DNA from: Eubacteriales bacterium
GTDB lineage: Bacteria > Bacillota > Clostridia > Oscillospirales > QAKW01
Reading direction: 5' to 3'
DNA: 64,000 bases
Assembly (NCBI GenBank): GCA_045636365.1
Contig: JAZTXG010000031.1
Coordinates: 6,121-70,120, forward strand
Position numbers and translations under genes: made by a program. Under the pieces are notes generated by a model, which saw only the letters and a program-made list of their open reading frames with translations, was not told the origin of the DNA and did not search any database. This document shows, in pieces, positions 63,754 to 64,000 of the stretch (position 1 is the first letter of the stretch; each line of letters begins with the position of its first letter).

Positions 63754-63801
63754 ATTAGTAAATTAAAAACAAACTATGAATGATTCAGGAGGATCTTCTA
63801 T

Positions 63802-64000
63802 ATGTATTCTCAAACTGTGCAGGTAACCAATAGCGTTGGCCTTCATGCCCGTCCCGCAACCTTCTTTATCCAGAAGGCAAATGAATTTAAATGCTCCATC
63901 TGGGTGGAGATCGGCTCCCGCCGTATCAACGCCAAGAGCCTTTTGGGCATTTTGTCTTTGGGCATTATTAAGGGCACCGATATTACCATCTTGGCAGACG
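63802..64000 (+). CDS. ptsH: phosphocarrier protein HPr, 5' portion (3' end outside window)
   Basis: Not in the ORF track because there is no stop in the window. ATG at 63802 follows the RBS aggagg. Translation MYSQTVQVTNSVGLHARPA places His15 correctly, and ..INAKSLLGIL.. places Ser46. Confidence 0.85.
   Translation, partial: MYSQTVQVTNSVGLHARPATFFIQKANEFKCSIWVEIGSRRINAKSLLGILSLGIIKGTDITILAD

Noticed and set aside
1-64000. Looked for CRISPR arrays, rRNA/tRNA genes, transposases, integrases, toxin-antitoxin pairs, restriction-modification or other recognisable defence genes.
   Set aside because: None found by eye. Intergenic regions are at most 370 bp and are occupied by promoters and terminators. 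There is no regularly spaced repeat-spacer structure and no tRNA-like GGTTCGAATCC T-arm motif outside terminator hairpins. A tRNAscan/Infernal and defence-finder run would be needed to be certain.

Overview
Chromosomal, mostly housekeeping segment of a spore-forming Firmicute. The class looks like Clostridia, and gene content resembles Oscillospiraceae/Ruminococcaceae. Native genes are G+C-rich and strongly avoid TTA/CTA/TCA codons. I support 55 protein genes:
- a pyrimidine operon tail (pyrK-D-F-E-B-I)
- a lipoprotein serpin and an XRE regulator
- tatD-metG, an orphan pduL, yitT, thrS and glmS
- two adjacent SLH-domain surface proteins
- an anaerobic ribonucleotide reductase operon (nrdG, two SGNH hydrolases, nrdD fused to a thioredoxin-like domain, trxB)
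- yigZ and a CssRS-like two-component system with htrA
- an AT-rich single-gene lipoprotein cassette and an orphan PTS EIIC_2 protein
- a dcw cell-wall/division cluster (mraZ to ftsZ)
- thrC, and a MoxR-DUF58-transglutaminase-RluA operon
- potABCD, spoIIGA-sigE, rluD-polA-rimI-tsaD, and the 5' end of ptsH

I saw no rRNA, tRNA, CRISPR array, transposase or integrase. Many Rho-independent terminators and several sigma-A-type promoters are readable.

The best candidate for something undescribed is the NrdR-box-controlled class III RNR operon. It carries two tightly coupled tandem SGNH esterase paralogs and an NrdD with a Cys-Gly linker, a CPNC redoxin fusion and a dedicated TrxB.

Secondary leads:
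- the AT-rich cassette bracketed by inverted repeats
- a glmS leader with no room for a glmS ribozyme but an 11-bp tandem repeat
- a four-unit MraZ-box array
- a slip-prone acidic repeat inside FtsQ
- small tandem repeats upstream of pot and ptsH

All functional calls come from reading motifs by eye. No database search was run.
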